Positions 38,960 to 51,130 of a DNA stretch of 64,000 bases are shown here, piece after piece. This DNA is from a bacterium (GTDB taxonomy: Bacteria; UBA8248), in the NCBI GenBank assembly GCA_965213625.1, contig CBDBZU010000004.1:2336001-2400000 (forward strand), read 5' to 3'. Both the position numbers and the translations under genes were made by a program. Positions within the stretch are counted from its first letter, which is position 1; each line of letters starts with the position of its first letter. The notes beneath the pieces were generated by a model. That model was given only the letters and a program-made list of their open reading frames with translations. It was not told the origin of the DNA and searched no databases.

Positions 38960-39969
38960 TGCGCGTCGCCGTCGCAGGCGCCACGGGCGCTGTGGGCCGT
39001 GAGATGCTCCGGATTCTGGAGGAACGGAAGTTTCCCTCTGAAGAAGTCGTTTTGCTTGCGAGCGAGCGCAGCGTGGGCCATAAAATTCCGTTTCGGGACT
39101 CGGAACTCACGGTAAGCCAACTTACCGAAGATGCCTTCAAGGGCGTTGATCTCGCTCTTTTCTCCTGCGGCGCTACCCGCTCACTCGAGTTCGTGCCCGC
39201 GGCTGTCAAGGCGGGGGCGGTGGTGGTGGATAATTCCAGCGCATTCCGCATGGATGAGGATGTTCCCCTCGTGGTGCCGGAGGTGAACCCGGATGCGATG
39301 GCCGCGCACCAGGGGGTCATCGCCAACCCGAACTGTTCCACCATCCAGCTCGTGGTGGCGCTCAAGCCACTTCACGACGCCGCTCGCATCAAGCGGATCG
39401 TGGTGAGCACCTACCAGGCCGTGAGTGGGGCCGGACAGGCCGCCATAGACGAGATGCAGGCGCAAGTCGAGGGCGACGCTGCGTCGCCAGAGAAAATGCC
39501 CCATGAGATCGCCTTCAACTGCCTGCCCCATATCGACGTTTTTCTCGAAGGCGGGCATACGAAAGAAGAAAAGAAGATGGTTGACGAGACGCGAAAGATT
39601 ATGGACGCGCCTCACCTGGCCGTCAGCGCCACCTGTGTGCGGGTGCCCGTTTACAACGCGCACTCCGAATCTGTAAACGTGGAGCTTGAAGACACCATCT
39701 CGCCGGATGAAGCGCGATCGTTGCTCTCCCGCGCGCCGGGCGTGGAGGTGGTGGATGACGTAGAATCATTCTCCTATCCCATGCCCAAGGACGCAGACGG
39801 GGAGGATTCGGTGTATGTGGGCCGCATCCGCCGGGACGATTCCCGCGAAAATTCGCTCAACCTGTGGGTGGTGGCGGATAATCTGAGGAAAGGCGCTGCG
39901 CTCAACGCGGTGCAGATAGCCGAAACCTTGATCGAGAAGGGAATGCTCCGGGCCACCCCGGTGAAATGA
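38959..39969 (+). CDS. asd: Aspartate-semialdehyde dehydrogenase
   Basis: GATGAVG, DNSSAFRM, ANPNCST, DNLRKGAALN. Confidence 0.97.
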   Translation: MRVAVAGATGAVGREMLRILEERKFPSEEVVLLASERSVGHKIPFRDSELTVSQLTEDAFKGVDLALFSCGATRSLEFVPAAVKAGAVVVDNSSAFRMDEDVPLVVPEVNPDAMAAHQGVIANPNCSTIQLVVALKPLHDAARIKRIVVSTYQAVSGAGQAAIDEMQAQVEGDAASPEKMPHEIAFNCLPHIDVFLEGGHTKEEKKMVDETRKIMDAPHLAVSATCVRVPVYNAHSESVNVELEDTISPDEARSLLSRAPGVEVVDDVESFSYPMPKDADGEDSVYVGRIRRDDSRENSLNLWVVADNLRKGAALNAVQIAETLIEKGMLRATPVK

Positions 39970-39989
39970 TTGCGAACGAGGTTATCTAA

Positions 39990-40843
39990 GTGTCTGATGT
40001 GAATATCGGAGTCATCGGCGGCAGTGGCCTTTACGAGATGGCGGAGTTGAGCGAGGTCGAAGAACGCGCGCTCGATACGCCCTATGGCGCGCCCTCGGCC
40101 CCCTATATCCTGGGGACGCTCTCCGGCAAGCGAATGGCGTTTCTGCCCCGGCACGGGCGAGGGCACGTATTTCTGCCGCATGAGATTCCCTTCCGGGCCA
40201 ATATCCACGGGTTCAAGCAGTTGGGTGTGGAATGGCTCATATCCGTCAGTGCGGTGGGCAGCCTGAAAGAAGGCATCCATCCGGGCGACATCGTGATTCC
40301 CGACCAGTTTATCGATCTCACGAAAACGCGTGTGAGTACGTTTTTCGGCGATGGCGTCGTGGCGCATGTCTCGATGGCGGACCCGGTATGCGGTGTATTG
40401 AGCGAGGTGCTGATGGGCGCGGCCTTACGTGCGGGCGCTACGGCGCACAGGGGCGGCACGTACGTGTGCATGGAAGGCCCCCAGTTCAGCAGCCGGGCGG
40501 AGAGTTTCCGCTACCGCGATTGGGGCGCTTCGGTCATCGGGATGACGAACATGCCCGAAGCCAAGCTCGCGCGCGAGGCGGAGATGAGCTACGCCACCAT
40601 CGCGCTGGCGACGGACTATGACTGTTGGCATGAGGAAGAAGAGGCGGTGAGCGTTGAGGCCGTGATAGCTCTCGTGAGAAGCAATGCGGCCCTCGCGCAG
40701 GAGATAATCAAGGAAGCGGTTCCCCAGATCGGTGGCGAGAGCCCATTCGCAGGCTCATTGGCGACGGCTCTCATGACCGATCCTGCACGAATGCCGAACG
40801 AGACGAAAGAACGTCTCCGGCACCTGATTGGGAAATACATAGC

Positions 40844-40847
<4 letters not shown>
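39990..40847 (+). CDS. mtnP: S-methyl-5'-thioadenosine phosphorylase
   Basis: GVIGGSG, PRHG, EGPQFS, GMT..PEAKLAREA, TDYDCW. Confidence 0.93.
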
Positions 40848-42127
<1,280 letters not shown>

Positions 42128-42162
42128 TCAAAGCAGTTCGCGCGTCTCGGAGCCTGAGCGCG

Positions 42163-42486
42163 ATGAGTAAAGCAGGACGATCATCCACCACGGGCCAATC
42201 GCCTAAAGCCAGACTTTTCTTCTGGCTCTCTGCGGGAATCATTATATTGCTGCTGGGTTCGGCATGGCTTGGTCAGGACGGGTATCTCGCCGTCATCGTG
42301 AACAAAGAGCGCGTGTCAAAGCTCCAAAGAGAAAACGCGGAAATCGAGGCGAGGAACAAGGAGTTGCGATCGGAAATTCGTTCTTTGCGCTCCGATAAGC
42401 AGGCGATCGAGAAAATCGCGCGCGAAGACTTAGGGCTCGTCAAGAAAGGGGAAGTCGTCTATGAGTTCATCCCTTCTAAAAAATGA
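42163..42486 (+). CDS. ftsB: Septum formation initiator FtsB/DivIC
   Basis: TM helix, coiled coil, IEKIAREDLGLVKKGE. Confidence 0.85.
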   Translation: MSKAGRSSTTGQSPKARLFFWLSAGIIILLLGSAWLGQDGYLAVIVNKERVSKLQRENAEIEARNKELRSEIRSLRSDKQAIEKIAREDLGLVKKGEVVYEFIPSKK

Positions 42487-42590
42487 TTCAATGTCGGTTC
42501 CTGAATCCCAATCGAACTTCCCTGGTGTATCTCAAACATACTCCCTCTCCTTGACAGAATGTCTATGCGGGAGTAGATAACACTTATTGA

Positions 42591-42667
<77 letters not shown>

Positions 42668-42677
42668 AGAAAAAATG

Positions 42678-42701
42678 GCCGCGGAGTCTCCGCGGCTTTT
42701 T
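42678..42701 (+). terminator. Intrinsic terminator after the tRNA
   Basis: GCCGCGGAG..CTCCGCGGC inverted repeat followed by TTTTT. Confidence 0.75.
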
Positions 42702-42762
42702 ACTTGCCGGATACATTCACGAAGTCATAGAGACGGAATGTTCAAGAGTGAAAGGGACAGGA

Positions 42763-43893
42763 ATGGCGGATAAAAAAGAACTGGGGTTGGCCATCGTAGG
42801 CTGCGGGGTCGTGGGGCGCATGCGGGGCGCATTGGCCAAAGATTTCCCCGGAATCGGCTGGATCGGCCTCTCCGATATGAACGAGAAGGTCGGCAATAAT
42901 CTCAAAGATGACATCGGGGCCGATTATTTCACCACCGATTTCAAGGAACTCCTCGCCAGGCCCGAGGTGGATGCGGCAATCATCGCCACGTCGACCTGGG
43001 CGCACGTCGAACCCACGCTCGCAGCGGCGGAGCGCGGCCTGCCCATGCTGATCGAAAAACCGCTCGCTACGGACGCGCGCGAGTCGGCCTCAGTTCTCGA
43101 GGCGATAGAATCGGCCGGCGTAGACGCCGTGGTCGGCTACACCCAGCGTTTTCGCAGGCGTTTCCTGGCCGTGAAGGACCGCGTCGATAACGGCCAGATC
43201 GGCGATGTCACGGCGGCGGTCACGCGCGCCTTCATGAACCGCATGGCGCCGACAGGTGAAGTGCGGCTTTCCCAGGATCGCCGGTTTCTGACGCCCATGG
43301 TGATTTCGGGCACCCACAGTCTCGATATGTGTCTGTGGCTGATGGGCGACGCCAAGCCCGTCTCCATATTCGCGCGCTCGACCGAGGGGATATTGAGCGA
43401 TCTCGGGACCAAGGACGCCACCTTCGGCGTGTTCACAATGGACAGCGGCGCCATCTGGAGCATGAACATCTGCTGGGCGCTGCCCAAGGAATGGCCCGGC
43501 GCTGTGTATGGGCTCGAGATCGGCATCGTGGGCACCAAAGGTGTAGTGGACATCGAGGACACGCACCGCGACGTGGTGATGGCGTCTGAATTCTCGCAGG
43601 GGCCCGCCTATAATCCGGATGATTTCGAACTGGAAGCGCGGCGCAACGTCGAATTTCTCACAAGCTTCCCCCCGGGCGACATGTATGAGGGGGAACTCTG
43701 GGGGCCGATGCGCGAGGAGACCAACTCCTGGTTCCAGCGCATCTATTCGGACAAGAGTACGCCCCATGCGACCGCCGCCGAGGGGCACCGCAACCTCATG
43801 CTGACCATGGCGATGGACCTCTCGGCCAAGCGCGGCGAGGAGTTGAAGTTGCCAATCAGTCCTGCGGAACTGATGGCGGGTCTCGAGGCGTAG
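42763..43893 (+). CDS. Gfo/Idh/MocA family oxidoreductase
   Basis: GCGVVG, IEKPLA, GYTQRF, H..D. Confidence 0.9.
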   Translation: MADKKELGLAIVGCGVVGRMRGALAKDFPGIGWIGLSDMNEKVGNNLKDDIGADYFTTDFKELLARPEVDAAIIATSTWAHVEPTLAAAERGLPMLIEKPLATDARESASVLEAIESAGVDAVVGYTQRFRRRFLAVKDRVDNGQIGDVTAAVTRAFMNRMAPTGEVRLSQDRRFLTPMVISGTHSLDMCLWLMGDAKPVSIFARSTEGILSDLGTKDATFGVFTMDSGAIWSMNICWALPKEWPGAVYGLEIGIVGTKGVVDIEDTHRDVVMASEFSQGPAYNPDDFELEARRNVEFLTSFPPGDMYEGELWGPMREETNSWFQRIYSDKSTPHATAAEGHRNLMLTMAMDLSAKRGEELKLPISPAELMAGLEA

Positions 43894-43935
43894 GGACGTT
43901 CAAGAGATATTTTAGGCGCGGAGTAGGGCGGATAC

Positions 43936-45093
43936 ATGGCTACGCGGGAGTTGGGAATCATTCTGCACGGGGCGACGGGCGGCATCTGCTCTTTCCAGCA
44001 TCTGAGAAACTCGCTCATACCCATCATCAATGAAGGTGGCCTCGACGCAGGCGGCGAGAGAATCCTGCCGAAGCTCCTGCTTGTCGGCAGGAGCGAGGAG
44101 CGGCTCGCGAAACTGGCGGCCGAACACGGCGACCTTGACTGGACGACCGACCTCGATGCGGCTCTCGGTAACGCTGCCTATTCCGTCTTCTTCGACGCTG
44201 TGTCCACGCATTTACGGGTGAATGTACTCAAGCGCGCCATCGCCGCCGGGAAACACATTTATACCGAAAAACCCGTAGCTCCTACCGTTCAGGAGGGGAT
44301 GGAGCTTCTTAGCGCGGCGCAGGCCAAAGGCCTCAAGCACGGCGCGGTGGAGGACAAGCTCTTCCTTCCGGGGTTCCTGAAACTCAGGCGGGTGGTGGCG
44401 AGCGGTTTTCTGGGCCGCATCATCGGTTTTCAGATTCAATTCGGCTGGTGGGTATTCGACGGAATCGAAGCGGAATGCCAGCGCCCGAGCTGGAACTACC
44501 GAAAGGCGGGCGGCGGCGGTCTTATCTCGGACATGCATCCGCACTGGCGCTACGTCGTCGAGGGAACCTTGGGGCCGATTGCGCGCGTGGCGGCGCTCTC
44601 CTGGACGGGCCAGACCGAGCGCGCCGACGAAGCGGGGGCACGCTTCGATGTCGACGTAGAGGACAACGCGCATACCCTCCTGGAACTCGAAAGCGGCGCG
44701 CGCGGCGCGATTCTAAGCTCCTGGTCCACCAGGGTGCGGCGTGAGGACCTTGTGACTTTCCAGGTCGATGGAACCAAAGGCTCCGCGGTGGCGGGTTTAA
44801 GGCGCTGCTGGAAGCAGGGGACAAAAGACATGCCTTTGGTGCGCGGTTTCCTGATGGGGCGCGACGCGGACACCATGGACGTCTCGGTGGATTACCGCGA
44901 AAACTGGGAGGAAGAACCAGACCCCGAGCCTTATAAGAACCCCTATCGCTATGGTTGGGAGCGCTTTATCCGCCATGTAGCGGGCGATGAGCCATTTTAC
45001 GCCGATCTCACCGCCGGAATCCGGGACGTGAGGCTCGCAGAGGCCTGTCTCCAAAGCGCGCAAGAGGGCGGCTGGGTGGATATGAAGCCGTGA
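43936..45093 (+). CDS. Gfo/Idh/MocA family oxidoreductase
   Basis: GKHIYTEKP, QRPSWNYRK..GGG.ISDM.PHW. Confidence 0.88.
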   Translation: MATRELGIILHGATGGICSFQHLRNSLIPIINEGGLDAGGERILPKLLLVGRSEERLAKLAAEHGDLDWTTDLDAALGNAAYSVFFDAVSTHLRVNVLKRAIAAGKHIYTEKPVAPTVQEGMELLSAAQAKGLKHGAVEDKLFLPGFLKLRRVVASGFLGRIIGFQIQFGWWVFDGIEAECQRPSWNYRKAGGGGLISDMHPHWRYVVEGTLGPIARVAALSWTGQTERADEAGARFDVDVEDNAHTLLELESGARGAILSSWSTRVRREDLVTFQVDGTKGSAVAGLRRCWKQGTKDMPLVRGFLMGRDADTMDVSVDYRENWEEEPDPEPYKNPYRYGWERFIRHVAGDEPFYADLTAGIRDVRLAEACLQSAQEGGWVDMKP

Positions 45094-45117
45094 TGGGTAG
45101 CCTGGATGCTGTAAACC

Positions 45118-45609
45118 TCAGCCTATAGGGTCCTGCCCTCCACCGTGGTTCGTCACTTCCCCTTCATGCAGTTGAACGTAGGCCTGTGCGAGAACGATCG
45201 CGGCTGTGTTGGCGAGGTTGTAGGAGCGTATCGGCCCGGGCATGGGCACGTATATCCGCCGCTCGGGCCAGCGGGCATGCCACGAATCGGGCAGGCCTGT
45301 GTTTTCATTTCCCAGTAGCAGCACGTCTTCGTCCCGATACGCTACCCGGTCAAAACGCGAAGCGCCGAACTTCGTGATGAGCCAGGGCGTTCTCTCGCCC
45401 AGCCAATCGAGGAAGAGGGTTTCGTTCTCGTGGATGGTGAGTTTCACGTCGTGCCAGTAGTCCAGCCCCGCTCTTTTGAGTGAATTGTCCGAAAAATCGA
45501 ATTTCGCAGGTTCGATGATGTGGAGATGCGCATCCATCCCGACACACAAGCGGCCGATGTTTCCGGTGTTCTGCGGAATCGCCGGATGATAGAGAGCGAC
45601 GTGGAGCAT
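45118..45609 (-). CDS. trmL: tRNA (cytidine(34)-2'-O)-methyltransferase
   Basis: P.IPQNTGNIGRLC, KRAGLDYW, G.E..GLP, RS.NLAN. Confidence 0.92.
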   Translation of the reverse strand: MLHVALYHPAIPQNTGNIGRLCVGMDAHLHIIEPAKFDFSDNSLKRAGLDYWHDVKLTIHENETLFLDWLGERTPWLITKFGASRFDRVAYRDEDVLLLGNENTGLPDSWHARWPERRIYVPMPGPIRSYNLANTAAIVLAQAYVQLHEGEVTNHGGGQDPIG

Positions 45610-45647
45610 TTCATTCTATTCGAAAGTTGAGGAGCCGAAGCCGATCA

Positions 45648-46961
45648 TTACGAAACGACGCCGCGAACGCTCGCCTTGTCCATCGCGTCGGTGAGGATGT
45701 CCATCGCCTGATCCATCTGCCCTTCTGTCGTCGTGGCCGGCGGCACGAAGCGAAGAACGCTTCCTCCGCGCCGCTGGCTGAAGATGAGGCCGTTCTCGAG
45801 GCATCTGCGGTTGATCTCGCTTCCCTGTCTGGTGGCGGGCGTTTTCGTCCGCCTGTCCTCCACCAGTTCGATCCCCTGCAGAAGCCCCCGGCCTCTGATG
45901 TCGCCCACCATTTCATACTGCTCTCCAAGCCAGGTGAGGCGCTCTCTCAGGTGGGCGCCGATTTTTCGCGCCTTGGCGGGTACGTCTTCCTGTTCGATGA
46001 CGTCGAGGCTAGCCACGCCTGCGGCGCAGGCGAGCGGGTCGTTCGTGTGTGAATGGGTGACGACGAACTCGGTGGACGCTATCTTCTCCTCCACCTCGGC
46101 GCTCGTCGAGACCGAAGAGATGCTCACGCCTCCGCCGAAATGCTTCGCCAGCGTCACGACGTCGGGCACCACCTCGTCCTTCTCGAAGCCGAACATCGTG
46201 CCCAGCTTGCCGAGACCCGTCTGTTCATCGTCCACGATGAGGAGCATGTCGCGCTCCTCGCAGTTTTCTTTGAGCTTCTTGAGCCATCCGGGGGGCGGCT
46301 CCACCACCCCGCCCGCGCTGAACAGGGGCTCGGTGATAACGGCGGCGGGCTTGCTCGTCGTTTGCGCGTCGATGAGCTCGAAACTCGTGTCCAGACAGGC
46401 GATCTCGCAATCGGGGAATTTCTGGGCGAGCGGGCAGCGGTAGCAGTAAGGCGCGACCATGGCCATGCTCCCCGGCGAGAGCGGCCCGTGCCCGCTGTGC
46501 CAGCCCGCGAATGTGAGTGAGCGCGCCGTATCGGAGAGGCCGTGGAAGCTGATGTGGGGGCTCGCGACCTCGAAGCCGTCGGTGTGTTTTCGGGCAATTG
46601 TCACCGCCGCCTCGTTGGCGTCAGCGCCCGATCCGAGAAAGAGGCTTTTCTCGAGCGGGGGCGGCAGCAGCGCGCCGAGCCGTTCGGCGAGAATGATTTC
46701 CTGATCGTTGAAGAAGCTACTGTGCGCGTGAATCAACTCATCACAGCTTTTCTTGATAGCGTCCGTGACGGTGGGGTGGTTGTGTCCCAAGGCGGAGCAC
46801 ATCTGGCCCGAGTTGAAGTCGAGGTATTCCTTGCCGTTCACGTCCTCGACGGTGGAACCCTCGCCGCGAACGAAGACGGGGCCCGAGAAAACCGACTTGT
46901 CCACCCGCCCGCGGAAGCTGTATTTTTTCGCCGAATCGAGCAGGTCTTTTTCGCTTCGCAT
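45648..46961 (-). CDS. Class III aminotransferase, dialkylglycine decarboxylase-like
   Basis: YLDFNSGQMCSALGHNHP, SFHG, DDEQTG.G..G, AKHFGGG. Confidence 0.85.
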   Translation of the reverse strand: MRSEKDLLDSAKKYSFRGRVDKSVFSGPVFVRGEGSTVEDVNGKEYLDFNSGQMCSALGHNHPTVTDAIKKSCDELIHAHSSFFNDQEIILAERLGALLPPPLEKSLFLGSGADANEAAVTIARKHTDGFEVASPHISFHGLSDTARSLTFAGWHSGHGPLSPGSMAMVAPYCYRCPLAQKFPDCEIACLDTSFELIDAQTTSKPAAVITEPLFSAGGVVEPPPGWLKKLKENCEERDMLLIVDDEQTGLGKLGTMFGFEKDEVVPDVVTLAKHFGGGVSISSVSTSAEVEEKIASTEFVVTHSHTNDPLACAAGVASLDVIEQEDVPAKARKIGAHLRERLTWLGEQYEMVGDIRGRGLLQGIELVEDRRTKTPATRQGSEINRRCLENGLIFSQRRGGSVLRFVPPATTTEGQMDQAMDILTDAMDKASVRGVVS

Positions 46962-47214
46962 GGGAATCGCCTCCACGGGTTTGAGAAGTAGGGGTGCTCG
47001 TTGCGCACCTCTCGCAAATACGGTTTTTTCGGCAGAAGCCGCACTCCATGAAACGCTGATAAGCTGATTTATGGTTTAATACTACCGTATATTCATGGAT
47101 TCGGATATGGCTTATCATCGAGCCTTGAGGCGATGGTCTTTCATTGACGGAACGTCCATGAAACTGCGTGATCGCGTGAATCATGGCCCGTGACTTACAG
47201 GAGGGTTGGTTCGA

Positions 47215-48762
47215 ATGAACATGGCGGAGTTTCTGACCCGGGCGGCCAGAGCCTGCGGCGAGCGGCCAGCCATATCCTCGGGCGAGGCGGTTCATTGCAC
47301 GTATGAAACGCTTGCCCGCAGGGTGGGCTCCATGGCGGGTTATCTGCGCGAAGTTCTTGAGATGAAGCCTGGTGATCGCGTGGCCATCACCATGAAGAAT
47401 TGCCCGGCGTTTCTGGAGGTTCTCTACGCCATATGGCATGCAGGGTGCTGTGCGTTGCCCATCAACGCGAAACTCCATCCGAGGGAGATGGCCTTCATCC
47501 TAGAGAATGCGGGTGCGCGCTGCTGTTTCGCCACCTCCGACCTCATGGAGACGGTTGCGCCGCTTGTCGATGAAATTGAGACATTAAAGAGCGTGATGGA
47601 GGTCGACACCCCCGAATATCGGGTGATGCAATCTCGAGAGGCCATACCCATCGAACCACAGGAGCCCGATGATTTGGCCTGGCTCTTCTATACGAGCGGC
47701 ACGACGGGCCGACCGAAGGGCGCCATGCTCACGCATCAGAACCTCCACAGCATGAGCCTGAGCTATTTCGCCGACGTCGATCCGGTCTCTGAAAACGATT
47801 GCATTCTCCACGCCGCGCCCTTGTCCCACGGCTCTGGCCTGTACGCCATACCACACGTCTACAAGGCCGCGAACAACATCGTTCCCGAGAGCGGGGGGTT
47901 CGAGCCCCCGGAGATTTATCGTCTCATCGAGGCCTATCCGGGCCTCGCCATGTTCGCGGCGCCCACCATGGTGACGCGTCTGATTCAGCACGAGGCGCTC
48001 AAGAATGCGGATACACGGAATCTGAAGGTAATCGCCTATGGCGGCGGGCCGATGTACGTGGCAGACCTCAAAAAAGCCATGGATGCACTGGGAAACAAAC
48101 TCGTTCAGGTGTACGGGCAGGGGGAAAGTCCCATGACCATCACGGTTGTCTCCAGGGAGCGGCACGTCGACACTGACCACCCGCGCTATGAAGAACGGCT
48201 CGCATCCGTCGGTGTGCCGCACACCGTGGTCGAAGTGCGCGTGGTGGACGCCGAGGACAACACCCTGCCGCCGGGAGAGACGGGTGAGGTCCTCGTGCGC
48301 GGCGACGTCGTCATGAAGGGTTATTGGAACAACCCCGAGGCCACGGCGAGTGCGCTCAAGGGCGGGTGGCTCCACACGGGCGACGTGGGGGAAATGGATG
48401 AGGATGGATTCCTCACCCTCAAGGATCGCTCCAAGGACCTCATTATCAGCGGCGGGAGCAACATCTATCCCCGCGAGGTGGAGGAGGTGCTACTCCGACA
48501 CGAGGACGTTCTGGAGGTCTCCGTCATCGGGCGACCTCACCCGGATTGGGGGGAGGAGGTCATGGCCTTCGTGGTGCGCAAGGACGGGCGAGGCGTGAGC
48601 GAGGAAGAACTAGACGGCTTGTGTCTCGAACACATCGCGCGCTTCAAGCGCCCCCGGACGTACCGCTTCATCGAGGCCTTGCCGAAGAACAATTACGGAA
48701 AAGTTCTCAAGACGGCGCTTCGCGAGATGGCGGAGCGCGAATCCCGGGAAAGCGAAGGATGA
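47215..48762 (+). CDS. AMP-dependent acyl-CoA synthetase
   Basis: YTSGTTGRPKG, YGQGE, WLHTGD, SGG.NIYP.EVE, PKNNYGK. Confidence 0.93.
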   Translation: MNMAEFLTRAARACGERPAISSGEAVHCTYETLARRVGSMAGYLREVLEMKPGDRVAITMKNCPAFLEVLYAIWHAGCCALPINAKLHPREMAFILENAGARCCFATSDLMETVAPLVDEIETLKSVMEVDTPEYRVMQSREAIPIEPQEPDDLAWLFYTSGTTGRPKGAMLTHQNLHSMSLSYFADVDPVSENDCILHAAPLSHGSGLYAIPHVYKAANNIVPESGGFEPPEIYRLIEAYPGLAMFAAPTMVTRLIQHEALKNADTRNLKVIAYGGGPMYVADLKKAMDALGNKLVQVYGQGESPMTITVVSRERHVDTDHPRYEERLASVGVPHTVVEVRVVDAEDNTLPPGETGEVLVRGDVVMKGYWNNPEATASALKGGWLHTGDVGEMDEDGFLTLKDRSKDLIISGGSNIYPREVEEVLLRHEDVLEVSVIGRPHPDWGEEVMAFVVRKDGRGVSEEELDGLCLEHIARFKRPRTYRFIEALPKNNYGKVLKTALREMAERESRESEG

Positions 48763-50135
48763 TGATGAGGGGCGCAGCACCAGGCGTGGAGGAGATGAAA
48801 TTCTCCAGGCTTCGGCAAGCGTATTCCTCGGGTGAGCAGACGCCTTCGGACGTGGTTCATGAGGTTTATCGGCGAATCGCCGCGCGCGGTGAAGACGGCG
48901 TGTGGATTCGCGTCGAATCTGAGCGTGATTTACTCGCGCGCGCGGAAGAGTTGGAGGCCCGCAAGGCGGATGCACTTCCCCTTTACGGCGTTCCCTTTGC
49001 GGTGAAGGACAACATCGACGTCGCGGGCGTTCCGACGACGGCGGCGTGCCCCGAATACGCCTATACGCCTGAGGAGAACGCTCCCTGCGTGGAACATCTG
49101 CTCGATGCCGGGGCCGTTTTCGTCGGGAAGACGAACTTGGATCAGTTTGCGCTGGGCCTTGTCGGCGTGCGCACGCCCTATGGCGTGGCCCGGAACCCGT
49201 TTCACGCGGACTACGTACCGGGCGGCTCGAGTTCAGGCTCGGCCGTGGCCGTCGCGGCGGGTCTGGTGAGTTTCGCGCTCGGTACGGACACGGCAGGTTC
49301 GGGCCGGGTGCCTGCGGGGTTCAACAACATAATTGGTCTCAAGCCCTCGCGGGGACTGGTGAGTACGCGGGGCGTGGTTCCCGCCTGCCGCACGCTCGAT
49401 TGCGTATCGGTCTTTGCTCTCGAGGCTTCGGATGCGCTTTGCGCCCTCGATACGATGGCCGCCGTGGATGAGTACCCGTACAGCCGTGCTCTTCCGGCGG
49501 GAGTCTCTTTGGAGATAAATGCGGATTTGCCGAAGGGGTTGAAGGCGGGAGTTCCTCTGCCCGGACAAAGAGATTTTCTGGGAGATGGTGAAGCGAAAAT
49601 GGTTTATGAGAGGGGGGTCGAGCGATTCTCTGAGATGGGCGTGGTTATGCAAGAGGTCGATTTCTCGCCTTTTTTCGAGGCGGCGAAACTCCTCTATGGC
49701 GGCCCCTGGGTGGCGGAGCGGCTGGCGGCGATTGAAGAGTTTTTTGGAGCGAAGCCGGATGCCCTCCATCCAGTCACGAGAGAGATAATAGAGGGAGCCT
49801 CCCGGTATACGGCTGTCGACGCTTTCCGGGCATTCTATCGACTGGAGGAACTAAAGCGCGAGGCAAAAAAAGTCTGGGAAGATATTGATATTGTGGCGGT
49901 TCCTACGACGCCCACGACCTATACGATAGACGAGGTGAATGCAGATCCCATCGCTTTGAACTCGAATCTGGGGATGTATACGAATTTTGTGAATCTCTTG
50001 GATTTATGCGCCATCGCCATCCCGAATGGATTTTATGCGAACAAGCTGCCTATCGGATTGACTCTTCTCGCGCCCACCTTCCAGGAGGGACTCTTGTGCA
50101 CGGTGGCGGAGGAGTTTCTGGCGAGGGCGGGTTGA
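48759..50135 (+). CDS. Allophanate hydrolase-like amidase (amidase domain only)
   Basis: KDNIDV, GKTNLDQFA.GLVG.RTPYG, GGSSSGS, GTDTAGSGRVPA, LY.GPWVAER, YTNFVNLLD; ends before the usual AtzF C-terminal domain. Confidence 0.88.
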   Translation: MMMRGAAPGVEEMKFSRLRQAYSSGEQTPSDVVHEVYRRIAARGEDGVWIRVESERDLLARAEELEARKADALPLYGVPFAVKDNIDVAGVPTTAACPEYAYTPEENAPCVEHLLDAGAVFVGKTNLDQFALGLVGVRTPYGVARNPFHADYVPGGSSSGSAVAVAAGLVSFALGTDTAGSGRVPAGFNNIIGLKPSRGLVSTRGVVPACRTLDCVSVFALEASDALCALDTMAAVDEYPYSRALPAGVSLEINADLPKGLKAGVPLPGQRDFLGDGEAKMVYERGVERFSEMGVVMQEVDFSPFFEAAKLLYGGPWVAERLAAIEEFFGAKPDALHPVTREIIEGASRYTAVDAFRAFYRLEELKREAKKVWEDIDIVAVPTTPTTYTIDEVNADPIALNSNLGMYTNFVNLLDLCAIAIPNGFYANKLPIGLTLLAPTFQEGLLCTVAEEFLARAG

Positions 50136-50175
50136 AATAGATGAAAACGAGAAAAACTTTAACGGAGGATATCTG

Positions 50176-51075
50176 ATGAAACGATTGGGTTTTGTAGGAG
50201 TCGGAGCGATGGGCGGCCGCATGGTGCCGCATCTCATCAAAGCGGGCCATGAAGTGGGTGTGGTGGACGTCGGCCGCGAGGCTGTGGAGCGCGCCGTGTC
50301 ATATGGCGCTATCGAGGCGTCCGGCCCTGCGGAACTCGCCGCCACGTGCGAAATCGTGCTCACGTCCCTGCCCACGGGAGCCGAGGTGGAAGAGGTCTAT
50401 ATGGGCGAGGGTGGTCTCATGGAAGCAGTCGGCGAAGGCGGCCTGCTGGTCGACCTATCCACCATAGAACCCGACCAGAGCCGCAAACTCGCGGCCGAAG
50501 CGGCGGAGCGAGGCGCCGTTGCGCTCGATACGCCCGTCTCGGGCGGGGTGATGGGGGCGGATGCGGCGAGCCTCACCATCATGGTCGGGGGGCCGAAAGA
50601 GGCGTTTGATACGGCACAGCCCGTTCTGGCGCTTCTGGGGAAAAACATCATCCACGTCGGGGGGTACGGCGCGGGTCAGGTCGCGAAACTCTGCAACAAC
50701 CTCATCGCGGGCGTCACCATGGTGGCGGCGGCGGAGGCGTTCGCCATGGGGAAGGCATCGGGCGTGGACACCAAGATTCTCCACGAGGTGATCCGCACGA
50801 GCAGCGGCGGAAGCTGGGTGATGGAAAAAGACCCGCCTTGTCCCGATCTCATCGAGGGCGCGCCTTCGAGCAAGGATTTCGAGGCGGGCTTTACGGTGGA
50901 TTTGATGCTCAAGGACATGTCCCTGGCCGTTTCCGCCCTCATGTCACTCGGGATTCCGTGCCCTTCGGGCGCTGCCGCGAACCAGGTCTACCGCATGGCT
51001 TCGCGCGATGGTCTGGGGGATCTGGATTTCGCCGCGGTGGCCATGCTGACGGGTGCTGCGGAGCGACCGCAATGA
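50176..51075 (+). CDS. 3-hydroxyisobutyrate dehydrogenase family protein
   Basis: GVGAMG, D.PVSGG..GA, AKLCNN, LMLKD. Confidence 0.88.
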   Translation: MKRLGFVGVGAMGGRMVPHLIKAGHEVGVVDVGREAVERAVSYGAIEASGPAELAATCEIVLTSLPTGAEVEEVYMGEGGLMEAVGEGGLLVDLSTIEPDQSRKLAAEAAERGAVALDTPVSGGVMGADAASLTIMVGGPKEAFDTAQPVLALLGKNIIHVGGYGAGQVAKLCNNLIAGVTMVAAAEAFAMGKASGVDTKILHEVIRTSSGGSWVMEKDPPCPDLIEGAPSSKDFEAGFTVDLMLKDMSLAVSALMSLGIPCPSGAAANQVYRMASRDGLGDLDFAAVAMLTGAAERPQ

Positions 51076-51130
51076 GCGATGCATTGTAGGGATGCGCTCG
51101 AGAACGAAGCGCCCTGATTGGAGGAACAAT

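Noticed and set aside
42551-42579. tRNA promoter TTGACA-17 nt-TAGATA
   Set aside because: The -35 is perfect but the -10 is poor, so it is plausible but not reported as a feature
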